This document shows, one piece after another, positions 40,983-54,856 of a stretch of DNA of 64,000 nt; position 1 is the first letter of the stretch, and every line of letters begins with the position of its first letter. Made by a program: the position numbers and the translations under genes. The stretch is taken from contig NC_057740.1 in the NCBI RefSeq assembly GCF_004010195.1, positions 21,534,167-21,598,166 on the forward strand, read 5' to 3'. Source of the stretch: Chiloscyllium plagiosum. Its lineage: Eukaryota. The notes under the pieces were generated by a model. It ran no database searches. It had not been told where the DNA came from and worked only from the letters and a program-made list of their open reading frames with translations.

Positions 40983-41022
40983 GCAGACGTTTCGTCCCTT
41001 GTCTAGGTGACATCCTCAGTGC
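40983..41022 (-). ncRNA. Minimal hammerhead ribozyme motif, sense to DOHH pre-mRNA
   Basis: Minus strand reads gca-CTGAGGA-tgtcacctagacaagggac-GAAAC-GTC-tgc. Confidence 0.65.
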
Positions 41023-41304
41023 TTGGGAGCCTCCTGTGAAGCGCTTTCCTCCGGCATTTGTAGTGGTTTGAATCTGCCGCTTCCGGTTGTCAGTTCCAGC
41101 TGTCCATTGCATTGGGTCCAGATCGATGTGCTTATTGATTGAATCTGTGGATGAGTGCCATGCCTCTAGGAATTCCCTGGCTGTTCTCTGTTTAGCTTGT
41201 CCTATAATAGGAAGACAGCTAACGATCCGCACCCATGAACACCAACTAGCCACCTACAAATGCCGGAGGAAAGATCACAGAAGCGCTTCACAGGAGGCTC
41301 CCAA

Positions 41305-41344
41305 GTACTGAGGATGTCACCTAGACAGGGGACGAAACGTCTAC
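41305..41344 (+). ncRNA. Minimal hammerhead ribozyme motif with compensatory stem I
   Basis: gta-CTGAGGA-tgtcacctagacaggggac-GAAAC-GTC-tac. Confidence 0.7.
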
Positions 41345-42551
41345 AACACAAATTTCCAGCTCGGCGAACAGAACCACAACAACGAGTACCCGAGCTACAA
41401 ATCTTTTCAAACTTTGAATAATTATTTGTTAGTAGAGAACTTGAGTATGGTTCAAGATTTTTATCTCACATTAATCATGACAATTCACAAGAATATAAAT
41501 TCAAGCCAGAAACCAACACACAGACTGCATGAAAGAAGACTGTTGATTGGTTGGCAATTGAACTCTGACTGTAGAGCTGTTGCCATGGAGAATGCGCTCA
41601 TTAATACTGAATCAGTTAACATTCAGGGCTGGTTTAAATTTTAAACCAGGCGAGATGACTCCCATTGGTCAGGGCTGTCATCTAGTTTGTTGAGATAGAA
41701 CAGGCATTGTGCACTTCTTTTTCTCTTATCTGCAATAAAGTACACGGAGTATTAATATATGCTTCGCCTAGTATATGCAAGTGAAACTGGAAGGGTCCAT
41801 CACTGAATCATCCACAGACATCATGGAAAGTTACCAGAAATTGAACTGTGTCTGTGATATAAATGCTATGGTTACAAGAGTGGGTAAAAGGCAAGGAATC
41901 CTCTGGGTAATTCAATCCACTGCCTGTCTATTATCAACAAGGCATGAAACTTGTGTGTGATGGAACTCTTTCCTAATCTGGGGGAGAGCAACTTGAATAG
42001 CACTGAAGCAGCTGAACACTATCCCAGGACCAAGCAGCATGGCACTCTATTCAGTACCCTCAACATTCACTCTGTCCAATACCAAAGCACAATGGGAGCA
42101 CTGTGTACTTCTAAAAGATACATTGGAGCAACAAATCCAGACTCCTTTGACACTGCCCTAATCCACAACCATTACCACCTGGAAGGAGAAGAACAGATTG
42201 ATGGGAATACCATCACCTCCAAGGTGTCTGCCAAAGCATATATTACTGCTCCTTCACGATCACTGAATCAAAATCCTGGAACTTCCTTTCAAAAGCACTG
42301 TGGACGTACCTAAAAACCAAAGTCTACAGTAGTTCAAGATAGTAGTTCACCCACATGTTAAAGGGCTGGCTATGTGCTCTCTATCCTAAACAGCATCAGC
42401 TACATCTCATGTACTAATAAAGAAAGAGGCTTGAACTTACAACATTGTGATTTAAAAGCTCAAAAACAATTCAGAATTTTACTATGACGTGCCAAAATCA
42501 AATTCTACTGTAATCAATTGTCTAATGTAAAAGTCTCAATAAAATACATAC

Positions 42552-42786
42552 CATCTCCTAATGCCAAGACTGCTTCTTTACTTCCAATATTCCGCAGGGC
42601 AAACATTGCTCTGTATCTGTCGAACAAGGGCAAGGATTCATCTAGGAGAGCTTCTCTTAATTTCTTAGTATCTTTCTCAGGAGCTGGGGGAGCAGGATCA
42701 ATTGAACAGTATTGGCTTTCATTCTGGTCTTTGTTGTTCTGAAGCCATTCAATTCGTTTAACTGCCAGCTGGCAAGTTTCAGCAAC
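42552..42786 (-). CDS. DOHH: Deoxyhypusine hydroxylase, coding exon 3 (235 nt)
   Basis: VAETCQLAVKRIEWLQ...YCSIDPAPPA...LLDESLPLFDRYRAMFALRNIG; ttag acceptor, G|gtatgt donor. Confidence 0.97.
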
Positions 42787-44703
42787 CTAAACATTTTAAT
42801 ACAAATAAACCATTAAAATAAAGTATAGGAGAGCCACCTAACCAGACTGTGAAGTTACCAAAATGGAGCCAAAACCAGAGCCTCCAAAATCCAACATAAA
42901 CCGCTGTGTTCTTGGCTTCACCAGAACCTCATGAGTGATTGGGTATATTACTGCTAGGACAATAATTTTCTGCAGTGGGTAGTTAACAGTTAACCCAATA
43001 TTTAACTATTATGTTGGAGGCCACGATTTTGTAGTTGCTCATTCCTAAAATAAAAACAAACTGTTTAAAATTCAAAATTAGACAGAAAATTGAATATACA
43101 TTTACATAGGTATACTTCTGCATGCTGTGTATCCTTGCTCACACACAAACTCATTTTTTTCACTTTCCATTCAGCCTCCAAATTACCTGAAGATTGAGAT
43201 CCTATGGGTTCAACACTGAATTCAAAGCTGATGACAATACACCTGTTAACTGGTCTAATCCATTCTATGTGGTGAACACAGCCTTTGTTTTCACAAATCT
43301 CATCTTAATTGTCTGCATTCATTCTATTTTCTCCTTTTGAATCTAAACTACAATTTTCCTATTGTTAAGACAGTCAGTTTATTTCTTGTATTTTTAGTTG
43401 TGGACTAAGATGGAAAAAAGAACTGTTTTAAGTCTGTGGTAAAAACTGCTGGACATTTAAGAAGTTACTGAAACTCATTGTGTGGTGCTTAAACTGCTGC
43501 TTTGTTCAAGCAATGGAAATTGATGTTTGAGAGACTAGCATCGAGTGTGTGCACACACGACTACCATTTAGCCAGCAACTGGTTTGATTGGTTCCTTCAA
43601 TCATGACCAATTGTGCATGCCAAAGGACATCAATTTGACAACATCGGATTGGTTCTTGAACAGCTTGTGGGTATGAAAGATACAACAAGAGGTCTTTGGA
43701 CCACTGGAAGGGAAGGTGGTGTGTATGTGTGTGTCTCTCAAAAAAAAACCTGAGGCCGCTGTAGACAGTAACTAAGTGTGCGAGAATTGTTAGAATCATG
43801 GCAGCCATTTTTGTCACATAATAAAGCCTGGAGACCATTGTGTTTTACATTTAGTGCCTGCCCTGCTAAAAGCCTTTTTTCCCCATGCGTGCAGGAGATG
43901 GTTGGCCTTGCAGTTGTGCCGTTACCTGATAAACAAATTCCTCTCTTTGCATGGAGCCATTCTTCTCTTTGCAAAGACCTAATGTATCTGCTTACCAACA
44001 CTGTCCAGACATAATGTGACTGGAGCTAATGCTGGGCAAGTTGCCTTAGCTTGGTCATGATGCTGCCTAGCTAAAACTGCGATATAAAATAACATTCAGT
44101 TTTGTAGACATTAAGAAATGTAGGTCTGGACAATGTAGGTAGATCTTACGACTGCCCCAAAGTTGCGTAATTAATGGGCAGTGGGTTTGGAACATACTAT
44201 ATAACTTTTAATATCCTGCACTTCATCGGAATGTGTCGGGGACTTCTTCGAACCAAGACGTATTCCCCATGGCCATGATAAAGCTGGTTAATTGCTCAAT
44301 GTCTCCTCTCCTGACTATTTTGTTTTAAACAATTCAGTAAAAGATTTATTTTCCCCAACACTAAAAGACTTTGTAATTAGTGTTACAATCAGCCTGTGTC
44401 TTCTATAAAGAAGTGAAAGAACCTGGAGAAAGGAAACCCAAGAATAGAAAGTCCTGATATGCCAAAATGTATATTTTAACAAACAATGAACTGGTGCTAT
44501 TGAAATGCTTCCCTCCATTCACAAAATTAATGATTTTGCTGTCTGTATAAATGTGTCGGTGTTGTAAAATGGGATAAAAGTTTTAACTAGTAGAGCCATA
44601 CATTGATATTTCATAGCTTTACCTGAAATTAGAATTTGCTTATTTTTAATAAGCAACTGTTCTTGTTAACTGTTCTTGATAATCAGCACTTTCCAAAAGG
44701 GAT

Positions 44704-45662
44704 CGTAACACCATAAACATTAAGTATATGGGACAATACTATGGCTTTAAAAGATGCAGGTTGTCCTTTTTTTAAGCAAAGAGAGGTTGAGACAGAGGTG
44801 ACAAGCAGTTTGCTTCAAGCCAATAAAGTAAACAGGGACCTTTTAATAAACATTGGAACAATAGAAGCAGCCTGAATGGGTGGGGCCAACCTCCCAGAGA
44901 AACAGGATTTTAGTTTTAGCTTTCAGTAGCAGCTTTCACAACCTCAACTGCGACACCTCTTAGAATCACAGAATCCCCTCCACGTGGAAGCAGGCCATTT
45001 GGCCATCAAATCCACATTGACTCTCTCAATAGCATCCCATCCAAACCCACCCCTTACTTCTGTAAACCTGCATTTCCCGTGGCTAATCCACCCAGCCTGC
45101 ACATCCCTTGAAACTACAGGCAATTTAGCAAGGACAATCCACCTATCCTACACATCTTTAGATTGTGACAGGAAGCCAGTGCAGCCTGCAGAAAACCACA
45201 GATATAGAGAGAATGTGGAAACTCCACACAAAGAGTCACCCAAGGCTGAAATCCAGCCAGTGTCCCTGGCACCGAGGCAGCTGTGCTAACCACTGAGCCA
45301 CCCTTTGGTCTTTGCTACAGCTAAAACCTTAAGTTCTCTTGCTGCTACTAATTTTGCATTCGAGACCATCTATTTTATTGAATTTGCCTTTGCCAAGGGT
45401 ATGCTTATGGGATGTTACTATATGAGAACAGTTAATAAGCAGTTTATTACTTTAAAATATTTCAATAGGGTAACAGTTAAGCCAATATTTTTATTTTGTC
45501 TGCATTTTAACTATAGTATATGAATAAAATGTGTTTTGCTTCAAGCCTGGTAGCATGACCAATCAAATTGCATCTGGAACGCAACAACTGGCACTTGTCT
45601 TTAAAATAAGAAAAAAATTAGGGTCCTTGACATGTTTTGAGGGGGTTTGATCTTGTCCATAA
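44704..45662 (+). mobile_element. Solo-LTR-like element with nested HE1-type SINE (44960-45303, minus strand)
   Basis: AATAAA and gggggtttgatcttgtccataa terminus similar in style to 10470-11097; the SINE core is clearly recognisable. Confidence 0.5.
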
Positions 45663-47719
45663 AAAAAAATGGGAAAAGCAAAGCAGACTTGGAATCCAAT
45701 CTGACCAATGCTGTATAAAACAACTGCACCTCTTTGCTTTTATATTTAAAAAAGTCATACACCAAACCTTGTGGTGTTGAGCAGAAATGTCAATTTCTTA
45801 CTGTCTGATAGTACTGCAAAAGAACTTGTGGAAATCTTCCAATTAAGACTTATTTTTGAAAGTCACATTGTTGTTAAAGAAACTTACTACCATTGCCTTG
45901 GATAGATCAACAAAAATAATTTTGTAAAGTAACAACTTTCCCAAATTCTGGAGATGTAACTGCATTTCACATTTAGACCAGATACAAACACATTTGAAAT
46001 CGAATTACATCATGAAGATTTTTCTGGAAACTGAAATCTGTACACCCCTGTTATCAGATAGCATTCTGAAGAGAGAATGGAGACTTGAATTTCTCATTCC
46101 AGTCTGAAGGCAACTGTGAAGGTTCCTTCATTACCTTGGCTCATCCAATCTGAACACAGTAGAACATCTATTTGGAAATTATGCACTGCAGTAACCTGAA
46201 GATAGATACAGAAATCAATAACTTTCAGCATAATCCCAAACATAAAGGAGAAAGCTGTTAAACTACCAGATCTTTGTCACACTTTGGAAGCCTGTTGTAC
46301 ACCTATAAGTAGAATAATTTAAGCAAAGTAATACTTTTTAAGGGGAGTGATAAATAGGGAAATCAGGAGGATATTATGATAAAGATTATTTAATTCCAAC
46401 TTAACCTTTTCATTATAATGGCTCCAAAGCAATGGATTAATATAAACTGATATTACACTGTTAGTTTCTCCCACTCTGGATTTCCAACTTCTAACAAATT
46501 AGATGTTCATCTAATTATTTTTCATCTCCTAATTTTTTGCTTTTGTTGTTGAAAGGCTTCCATTTGCCTTTATGATAAATCCTGGACTTGGTTTGTTTTT
46601 ATTAGCATTTTCTGACATTTCAAGATCAGAGGTGACCAATCTTTCAAAGCTTAAGAGCTGGAGATGATTTGGGGAAATACCAGAAGTGTTCTACCCCTCT
46701 TTTCTAGTTTCTACAGGAAATTAACTGGGTTACCGGCTGGTCCTGTTCTAAATTCCAATAGATGTAATCTAGAACAGTGGTTGGCAGTTTTTGTAGAGAA
46801 CTAAATGAGTCTCATGTCCAATGAATACTCCTACCTCAAACCCATTTCACATCAGATTTTTTACTCCATGTACCCGCTGCCAGAAATGAACAAATGCCTA
46901 ATAGGAGCAGAGAAAAACGTCACGAAACGGAAAAATATTAGAGGGAAATTTATAATTTAAAACAATCTTGAAGCGAGTTTGGGAAATCCAGTAAAAGGAG
47001 AGAAAAATGAGTGTAACAACTTGCATTTATATAGTGCTTTAAACATAAAACACTCTAAAATACTGTACACGAAGACTATAAATTTGACTATAAACTACAA
47101 TGAGACATCAGAATAGATGAGCAAAAGCAAAGGTCTTTTAAAGGAGAAATGAGAGGTATAAAGAGAACAGGTTTAGAGTTTTATGCCTTGTTGGTTGAAG
47201 GGACCAAAGGGGAGAACAGAGGATTTTACTTCACTTATTGGGAGCCAACTTTTCCATTTAATGGCCAGTCTGTTTCTCTCACAGATGATGCCTTAACTAA
47301 GCTTAATAGTTGGAAAAATTCCAGCTCTTCTGTCCCTTTAGTACGACAGCTTGTCCCTCAAAATTAACTGGGTTAATGGCAGGTTAGTTCTAAATTGTCA
47401 CAAACGTCAGCTAGATCATTGCACTTTTTTAAAATGAAAAATAGGGTGAAGGGGATACAGAACTTTACGCAGGTTAAGCCACAGTCAGTTTTGGATAGCA
47501 TCAAGCTTATGGAGAGTAGAATGCAAAAAGGTAAACAGGAGTGAAGGTAGAGGACAGGAAAAAATTGTGGCTACAAGAGCTTCTCTTATTTTGAGGTATC
47601 TTAGGTGTTGGAGGTGATTTCTTCAAATTCCAGGAACAGTAATTACTGCTTTTTTAAGTTGTTGCATTGTCTTGGAACTTTGGGGAAAAAAAGATCAAAA
47701 CACTGGCTCACCAGATGAG

Positions 47720-49045
47720 CCGGACTTTGATGGTGGGAATCCCGAGGGACAGGATTTACATGTATTTGGAAAAGCAAGGACTGATTAGGGATAATCAACA
47801 TGGCTTTGTGCATGAGAAATTATTTCTCACAAACTACATTGAGTTTTTTTAAAAAGTAACAAAGAGGATTGACAAGGGCAGAGTGGTAGACGTGATCTAT
47901 AGGGACTTCAGTAAGGCGATCGACAAGGTTCCCCATGGGAGACTGGTTAGCAAGGTTAGATCTCATGGAATACAAGGAGAACTAGCCATTTGGATACAGA
48001 ACTGACTCAAAAGCAGAAGACAGAGGGTGATGGAGAGTTGCTTTTCAGACTGGAGGCCAGTGACCAGTGGAGTGACACAAGGATCAGTGCTGGGGCCACT
48101 ACTTTTCATCATTTATATAAATGATTTGGAAATGAACATAGGAGGCAAACTTAGTAAGTTTGCAGATGACACCAAAATTGGAGGTGTAGTGGACAGCGAA
48201 GAAGGTTACCTCAGATTACAATGGGATCTTGATCAGATGGGCCAATGGGCTGAGTAGTGGCAGATGGAGTTTAATTTATTTAAATGTGAGGTGATGCATT
48301 TTGGGAAAGAAAATCTTGGCAGGACTTATACGCTTAATGGCAAGGTCCTAGGGAGTGTTGCTGAACAAAGTGCAGGATCATAGCTCCTTGAAAGTAGAGT
48401 CGCAGGTAGATAGGATAGTGAAGGCGGCGTTTGGTATGCTTTCCTTTATTGGTCAGAGTATTGAGTACAGGAGTTAGATGATAATGTTGAGGCTGCACAG
48501 GACATTGGTTTGACCACTTTTGGAATATTGCGTGCAATTCTGGTCCCCCTCCTATAGTGAGGATGTTGTGAAACTTGAGGGTTCAGAAATGTTTTACAAG
48601 GATGGTGCCAGGGTTGGAGAGGCTGAATAGGCTGGGATTCTTTTTCCCTGGAGCATTTGAGACTGAGGGGTGACCTTATAGAGGTTTAAAAAATCATGAG
48701 GGGCTTAGATAGGGTAAATAGACAAGGCCTTTTCCCTGGGTTGGGGAAGTCCAGAACTAGAGAGCATAAGTTTAGGGTGACAGAGGAAAGATTTAAAAAG
48801 GGACCAGGGTTAACTTTTTTATGCAACAGGTACTGTGTGCATGGAATGAGTTGCCAGAGGAAGTAGAGGAGGCAGGCACAATTACACCATTTAAAAGACA
48901 TCTGGATGGGTATAGGATAGGAAGGGTTTGGAGGGATATGGGCCAAGTGCTGGCAACTGAAACTAGATTAATTTAGAATATATAGTCAGCATGGACAAAT
49001 TGGATGGAAGGGTCTGTTTCTGTGTTGTACGTCTCTGTGACTCTA
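47720..49045 (+). mobile_element. CR1 LINE 3' portion
   Basis: NQHGF, SGVTQGSVLGPLLFIIYINDL and KFADDTKIGG; CR1 3' UTR tail. Confidence 0.93.
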
Positions 49046-49212
49046 CGAGCGAGTGGAAATAGTCAAGTCAGGAGCAAGGATGCAGTTTCAGCGGCAGATA
49101 AGAGATAGGGATGCTGTTGGGTAATGATACAGAGATAGAAATAAGACAGAGATGATAGTGTCTCAAGATCATTTTAATTAATTCATAAGAAATGAAATTA
49201 AATTATCCTTAC

Positions 49213-49289
49213 TTCTATTACTGGATCATGTGAGTAATACCTCAATGTTTCAAGGACCTCTGGTTTTCCAATAGCTCCCAGTGCTTCAC
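49213..49289 (-). CDS. DOHH: Deoxyhypusine hydroxylase, coding exon 2 (77 nt) (G)EALGAIGKPEVLETLRYYSHDPVIE
   Basis: Not in the ORF track; tgtttcag acceptor, GAA|gtaagg donor; phases 1 to 0 join the neighbouring exons. Confidence 0.95.
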
Positions 49290-50069
49290 CTGAAACAACA
49301 GCATAAAATGCAATTAAATGGATCTGACATTTATCTGTTGCAGCAGATTGTGAACTGGCTGAATGACTGCAGACATTGACGTAGCTAAGGGACAGAGATC
49401 TACATGAAGCTCTATTTGCAGCATTTTCCTGCAGGGTTCATTTTTAAATTGATGTCTTTGTTAGGAAATGATTCACAAACTTACATAATATTAAATGTGT
49501 GCAAATGTGAAGCGACTTTAAAGATGTCCAACCACTAAAAGCTGGATTTATACATCCAAAAAAAAGGGCTTGAGCTTAACAAATTCTGTTTAAGAAAATA
49601 TACCATATTGTGCATGTGGGGACAGAAAACAAAACACTACAGATGCTGCAGAACTGAAATAAAGACAAAGTACTGGAGAACCTCTCAGGTCTGGTAGCAT
49701 TAGTGAATAGCAAAAGAGATAACATATCAATTAAAAATATTGGAGTTTCCCATTTTATTAGTTACTTAACAGCAATGCTGTTTCTCTCACAGATGATACC
49801 TGAACTAAGCTTAATAATTGGAACAGAATTGGGAAAAAGTCATGTTTACTGCCCCTTTAATATGACAGCTCAATAAAAATATATTTTTTTAAATGACTGC
49901 TTGTCTCTGGAAATTAGGTGAGTTATTGGCTGGCCTTGTTCTAAATTCTAATAAACATTATCTAGATCTTTGCCAGCGCCTTTTAAAATAAAATTCCACA
50001 TTTCCTGCAACTGCAAGTATTTAGGCTCGATATCAGAATCGTAGACACAACTTTTAAATGGTCTATTTC

Positions 50070-50540
50070 GAGCCTCTCGGCGCTTTTAAGGTCGGTAGGC
50101 GGCCGATGCATCACCTGCTTCGTGTCTGACCATAGGCTCCTGGCTGTGGTCCTGTAGCACCCGGGTCAGGATGGGGATAGCCCGCTGGTCCTGCATCTGG
50201 CCCAGGCAGTAGGCCAACTCGTGCTTCAGCAGCGCCGACTCGTCCCCGAAGCCCCTGGAGATCCACTCGATAGCCAGCGGGCCGCCGAGGTTCCGGAGGG
50301 TGAAAAGCGCACGGAAACGCTCTTTCAGCGGCCTCGACACATCCACCAAGATCCGCCCGATCGCTTCCACCGCCTCGTCGTCCCGCATCGTGACCGGGCC
50401 GCGGCTCCACTGCAGCTCCTTTCACCCCCGGAGGACCGGCACCAGCAACCACGTGACTCCAAATCACCCATCATCCTCTGGGGCCCATTGGGCCAACCCA
50501 TGGGGGTAGAATGGGCGGGGGGACCCCGGGTGAATCCATT
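50070..50540. promoter_or_regulatory. CpG island over the DOHH start, with E-box and GC box
   Basis: Abrupt GC/CpG-rich segment; CACGTGAC at ~50450, GGGCGGGG at ~50513. Confidence 0.6.
50115..50388 (-). CDS. DOHH: Deoxyhypusine hydroxylase, first coding exon (274 nt)
   Basis: RFRALFTLRNLGG...SALLKHELAYCLGQMQD..AIP.L..VL.D...EPMVRHEA; G|gtgatg donor. Confidence 0.97.
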
Positions 50541-53500
50541 GTACAGGACTGGTGGGTAGAATTGAAGATATTTAAGACAAAATATGCTACAAATCACAGC
50601 GGGTCAGGCAGCATCCACGGAGAGAGAGCAAGCTAACGTTTCGAGTTCAGATGACTCCATCGAGCTGACGTGGTGTAATTTCTTCCTATGTTTTCTGATC
50701 AACCTGTTCAGATACATTGTTACACACTTCTGGAGACGGTGGGTCTTGTTCCAGTGAACAGTATTAGCCTAACAGCTGGGACACTAGCGCTATATCACTA
50801 CTGTGCCTTGTGTGGCGTTGAAGCACGTTCTCCGACTCATGGGAAAATTATCTTAAATTCAGTACATACAAAAGCTTATTAAAATACTTTGTGGAAGTGT
50901 GTTCATTTATAAAATGCAGCCTCAAGGCTGGGTAGAACGAGATTCCACTCTGGCACATAAATATCCCTCAATGACTGGTGTTTTGTCCCATCTTAGCTTC
51001 ATAAGCTTCCAAAGCAACTCAAGTAAAATTGGTTAAGCTTCTTTGCGTGATGTTAACATACAGTCCAAGTCTTCCATGCATAGTGGAAAAAGGCAGGACA
51101 CTATTGCTCACTTATTCTTCATTCCAGACTGATATTCAGTCCGTCGAAAGTTTGGACGATCCTTAGATTAGGCTTACTTCATATTGATTAGAGTAATAGT
51201 TGTCACATAGGTTAGAGGACTATACTACATTGCATGATGAGCTTTGATCCGGCAGATGGTGTACAGTCATCAGTAGACTGGACATTGCAAAATATGTCTA
51301 CCAGTCATCTAGAAGAACAAGGGAGGTAGGCACGTAAATATCATGACTTGGAACTATAACACTGTTCCTTCACTATCATTGGTTCAAAATCCTGGGACTC
51401 CCATACAGCACAACAATGTACCTACATCAGTAGGGCAGCAACTGTTCAGACGACAGCTCACCGTCACCTTTGGAGGACAATTAGGGATGTACAACAAATG
51501 CTGGCTTTGTCAGTGACGCTCACATGCTTTAAAAAATTAAAAAGGAAAACCATCATAGTTTAAAAATTGAAATTTGACACATGCAATACCTAAATACTGT
51601 CTTCCTCATCTTTGTGACATCCCTACATGCTCCACAGCCAATAAATATTTCTGAAATGTAGCCACTTTTTTTTTTATGAGGATAAATATAACAATATATG
51701 TAGAAGCTGTTCGTCCAATGACATTGCCACTGTGCCCCACCTTCCCAAGTATTTTATAAACTTCACTCTCTAAACAATGGGTGTTCCCCTTAAGTTTAAA
51801 AAAAAGTTTCAGGAATCTCTAACAAACTTTGAGGTTCAATTATATAGCTTGCTAGGTTGCAAAGCAATCTAAAATGAATACACGTCCATTAGTTCTAGAC
51901 ACAGACCCAGTCATTCTGAAGTTAGGCCTCAAAAGCTATTTTCAAAGAACTCACAATGGCTAGAGAAATACTATGCTTGCAAGTTAATCATAAATTTTGA
52001 ACACACTGAAAAACCCATTGTTTACTCAAAAACCAGAAACCTAAATGTTAAAATAAATATCAATATATATATGTATTGTTGTTGTGAAATCCTCCAGCCT
52101 CTTCCACCATCCTGCACATCAGAATCTGATTACCCTGGTTGCCAGAGTGAGCCCGCTCCACCACCAGGACCTGAAAACCATATCAGTGCAGAGGCAAATT
52201 CTTAAACCTTGGCTCCCCGGCAACTGCTGCTACTCCTAACACATGAGAGTTCCAGCATGAGGTGACCATATCCCAACCTGGATTAAGTTCTGGTATAAGT
52301 CAGGAAATTCCCTTCAAGCTTTTCAGAGACCTGAACAGTTAATATAGAAGAGCCGTTGATCATGACTGAGATTATGCATTGAGTGTAAGGATTATATCAC
52401 CAGGGCAGATCATCAACAAGGGGCTTCAATGTAACAGTATCAATGCAGGATATGAGGTGGATAGTTGCTATTTAGGTATGAAGGCACACAAGTTTCTACA
52501 ACTCTTCCTAAGTGAGAGACTCAGATGCTCAGCCAACAACCAATGCAGCTTTTTCTCCGAGAAGTCTGTAAGCATTTTCTGTATTTTTTGTTACAAACTC
52601 TGGCGTAGCAATGAAATGACCCAATTAAAACATGCGTTTTCAGACCACGATAGTCTTTGGCATATAATATTGGCCTGAAAGAGGATATTAATATTAAAAG
52701 GACCTGCCCTGCGAGTGTATTTAATTTACTGGATTTGACAAAGACATCGCTAGTGATATTTCTCAAGGGATGTGAAGTGTATGCTGTACATAGACTATGT
52801 CTAAATCACACAAACTTGTAAGACTGCTTTTTTGCAGTTGTGTATCAGGTTTGAGAGTTTTCCAATTAAATTAAGATTACTCTCTTGCTTTCACACGTAA
52901 TGGTCTACATAAATTTTAGAATGCTATTTGTTTTTTATGATTTTTCTCCCCATGTACTCTTCCTGTCTTTGAAATGTATAGGTCTTTTTGTTATTCCATC
53001 ACCATAATTTCAAGCTAATGCTTTTTTTAAAAAAAACTTTTGTATATCATTTAACTACATTTTATAACACATTATCTTCTGCAAACTTAATATATCTGAT
53101 TTTCTCTCTCTACTTTTTAACTAGATTAGTATCGTGTAGTTACATTCTCATTTAAAAGTAATTCTCAGGGAGTTAAAACATGTTCTGCAAAGAACCATCT
53201 GCCACTCTTCTCAGCTGCCTCCTATTTTGATTTTAATTCAAAATTAGTATAACATGAGCAAAGTTTCTTTATATCTTACATCCTGTGTCCTGAAGTTGTG
53301 CTATATCAAATACTGATATCATCAGTTGTACTCATGTATCAGACTTAAAAAAGCAGTTTCAACTGAAAAAAAAGTCACAGAAACAAAGTCTCATTGACAC
53401 GATATTAAACTGGGTATCAGTTTGTATCTTTATGTAGCTACCTTTCATTCCATGGAGGTGCAGGAGCTTAACAGTTACCTAGGAAATATGGGTGGAATTA

Positions 53501-54312
53501 AAACCAGCTCTAATTCCTGGTTAACTATTAAATTGACTTCACCCCCAAAGTTCCCCACCCAACCATATCTATATCTCCCAATCCAAACCGCCTACATCAC
53601 TCCCTGGCCAACTCAACCCTTTCACTCTGTCATTTGCTACACAATTCCTTCACCCACATTTCCACTGACTGGACACTCTAATCCCACCTGACCGCCTCCC
53701 TATCTCTTCCCCCTCTTAACCGCCATCATAAACCTACTCCACTTACTCCAGCCAACCCCCTAAACCAGTTAACTAATCCTAACCTTTTACATACCACATA
53801 TACTCGTGTAATAGTTTAATTTTTTAGAATAATTTTTAAGTTTAAAATCTATGTGGTTGACTATTACATGGATACTGCTTTTGAGGAGCTGAAATTCAGG
53901 CTACAGTTCAAAATACCGTATAATTAAACCAATTGATTTATAAATGAATAAATAAAAAAACGAATTTCAGTAATATGACTGTATTTCATGAATGCTACAG
54001 AGGAACTCAGTTCAGCTGAGCTGCACGCAAAGGGAGGTTGTCACCTGACTCTGACCTGATGCGTCTTAAACATTCACACGTGAATCTGGTGTGAATCATG
54101 CATCAAAACACATAATAGCAGGAGAAAAAATTTCATTTCCTCTTCGTAACATTTATGTATAGGATAATACCTTGTTTTACAAATGTTGATCTGTTATCTG
54201 TGAAGAACTAGGGTCAACTTTTACACAAGATATATGGAAAATTCCAGATTTCCTGGCCAAAAATAGGGGATCAACTTTTACTTAAGTATATACAGTACTT
54301 ACCTTCGCTCCG

Positions 54313-54728
54313 TGGAGAAAGTGAGGACTGCAAATGCTGGAGACCAGAGTTGAAAAATGTGGTGCTGGAAAAACACAGCAGGCCAGGCAGCATCCGAGAA
54401 GCAGGAGAATCGATGTTTCGGGCATAAGCCATTCTTCAGGAATGAGGCTGGTGTGCCAAGCGGGCTGAGATAAAAAGTAGAGGGGAGGGAACTTGGGGGA
54501 AGGACGCTGGGAATACGATAGGTGGAAGGAGGTTAAGGTGAGGGTGATAGGCTGGAGAGGGGGTGGGGGCAGAGAGATCGGGAAGAGGATTGCAGGTCAA
54601 GAGGGCGGTGCTGAATCCGGGGATTGGGACTGAGATAAGGTGGGGAGAGGGGAAATTAGGAAACTGGAGAAATCTGCATTCATGCCATGTGGTTGGAGGG
54701 TTCCTAGGCGGAAGATGAGGCGCTCTTT
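54313..54728 (-). mobile_element. Penelope-like element 3' end (second family)
   Basis: Reverse complement of 55350-55655; degenerate CTGAAGA...GAAAC core; runs into the gap. Confidence 0.75.
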
Positions 54729-54856
54729 NNNNNNNNNNNNNNNNNNNNNNNNNNNNNNNNNNNNNNNNNNNNNNNNNNNNNNNNNNNNNNNNNNNNNNNN
54801 NNNNNNNNNNNNNNNNNNNNNNNNNNNNNNNNNNNNNNNNNNNNNNNNNNNNNNNN
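54729..54856. other. Assembly gap (N run)
   Basis: Run of N. Confidence 1.

Larger units (their letters stand above)
40947..41417. mobile_element. Penelope-like element with inverted termini in the last DOHH intron
   Basis: GIY-YIG C-terminal-like peptide IIGQAKQRTAREFLEAWHS...INKHIDLDP; ~120-bp inverted arms; 13-bp TSD ataattatttgtt at 40934-40946 and 41418-41430. Confidence 0.85.

Noticed and set aside
43500-44310. Three short overlapping ORFs in a DOHH intron, possibly a DNA-transposon relic
   Set aside because: No motif I can identify with confidence; frames are broken by stops.
50111-50597. Several overlapping ORFs around the DOHH start
   Set aside because: Shadow frames of a GC-rich exon.
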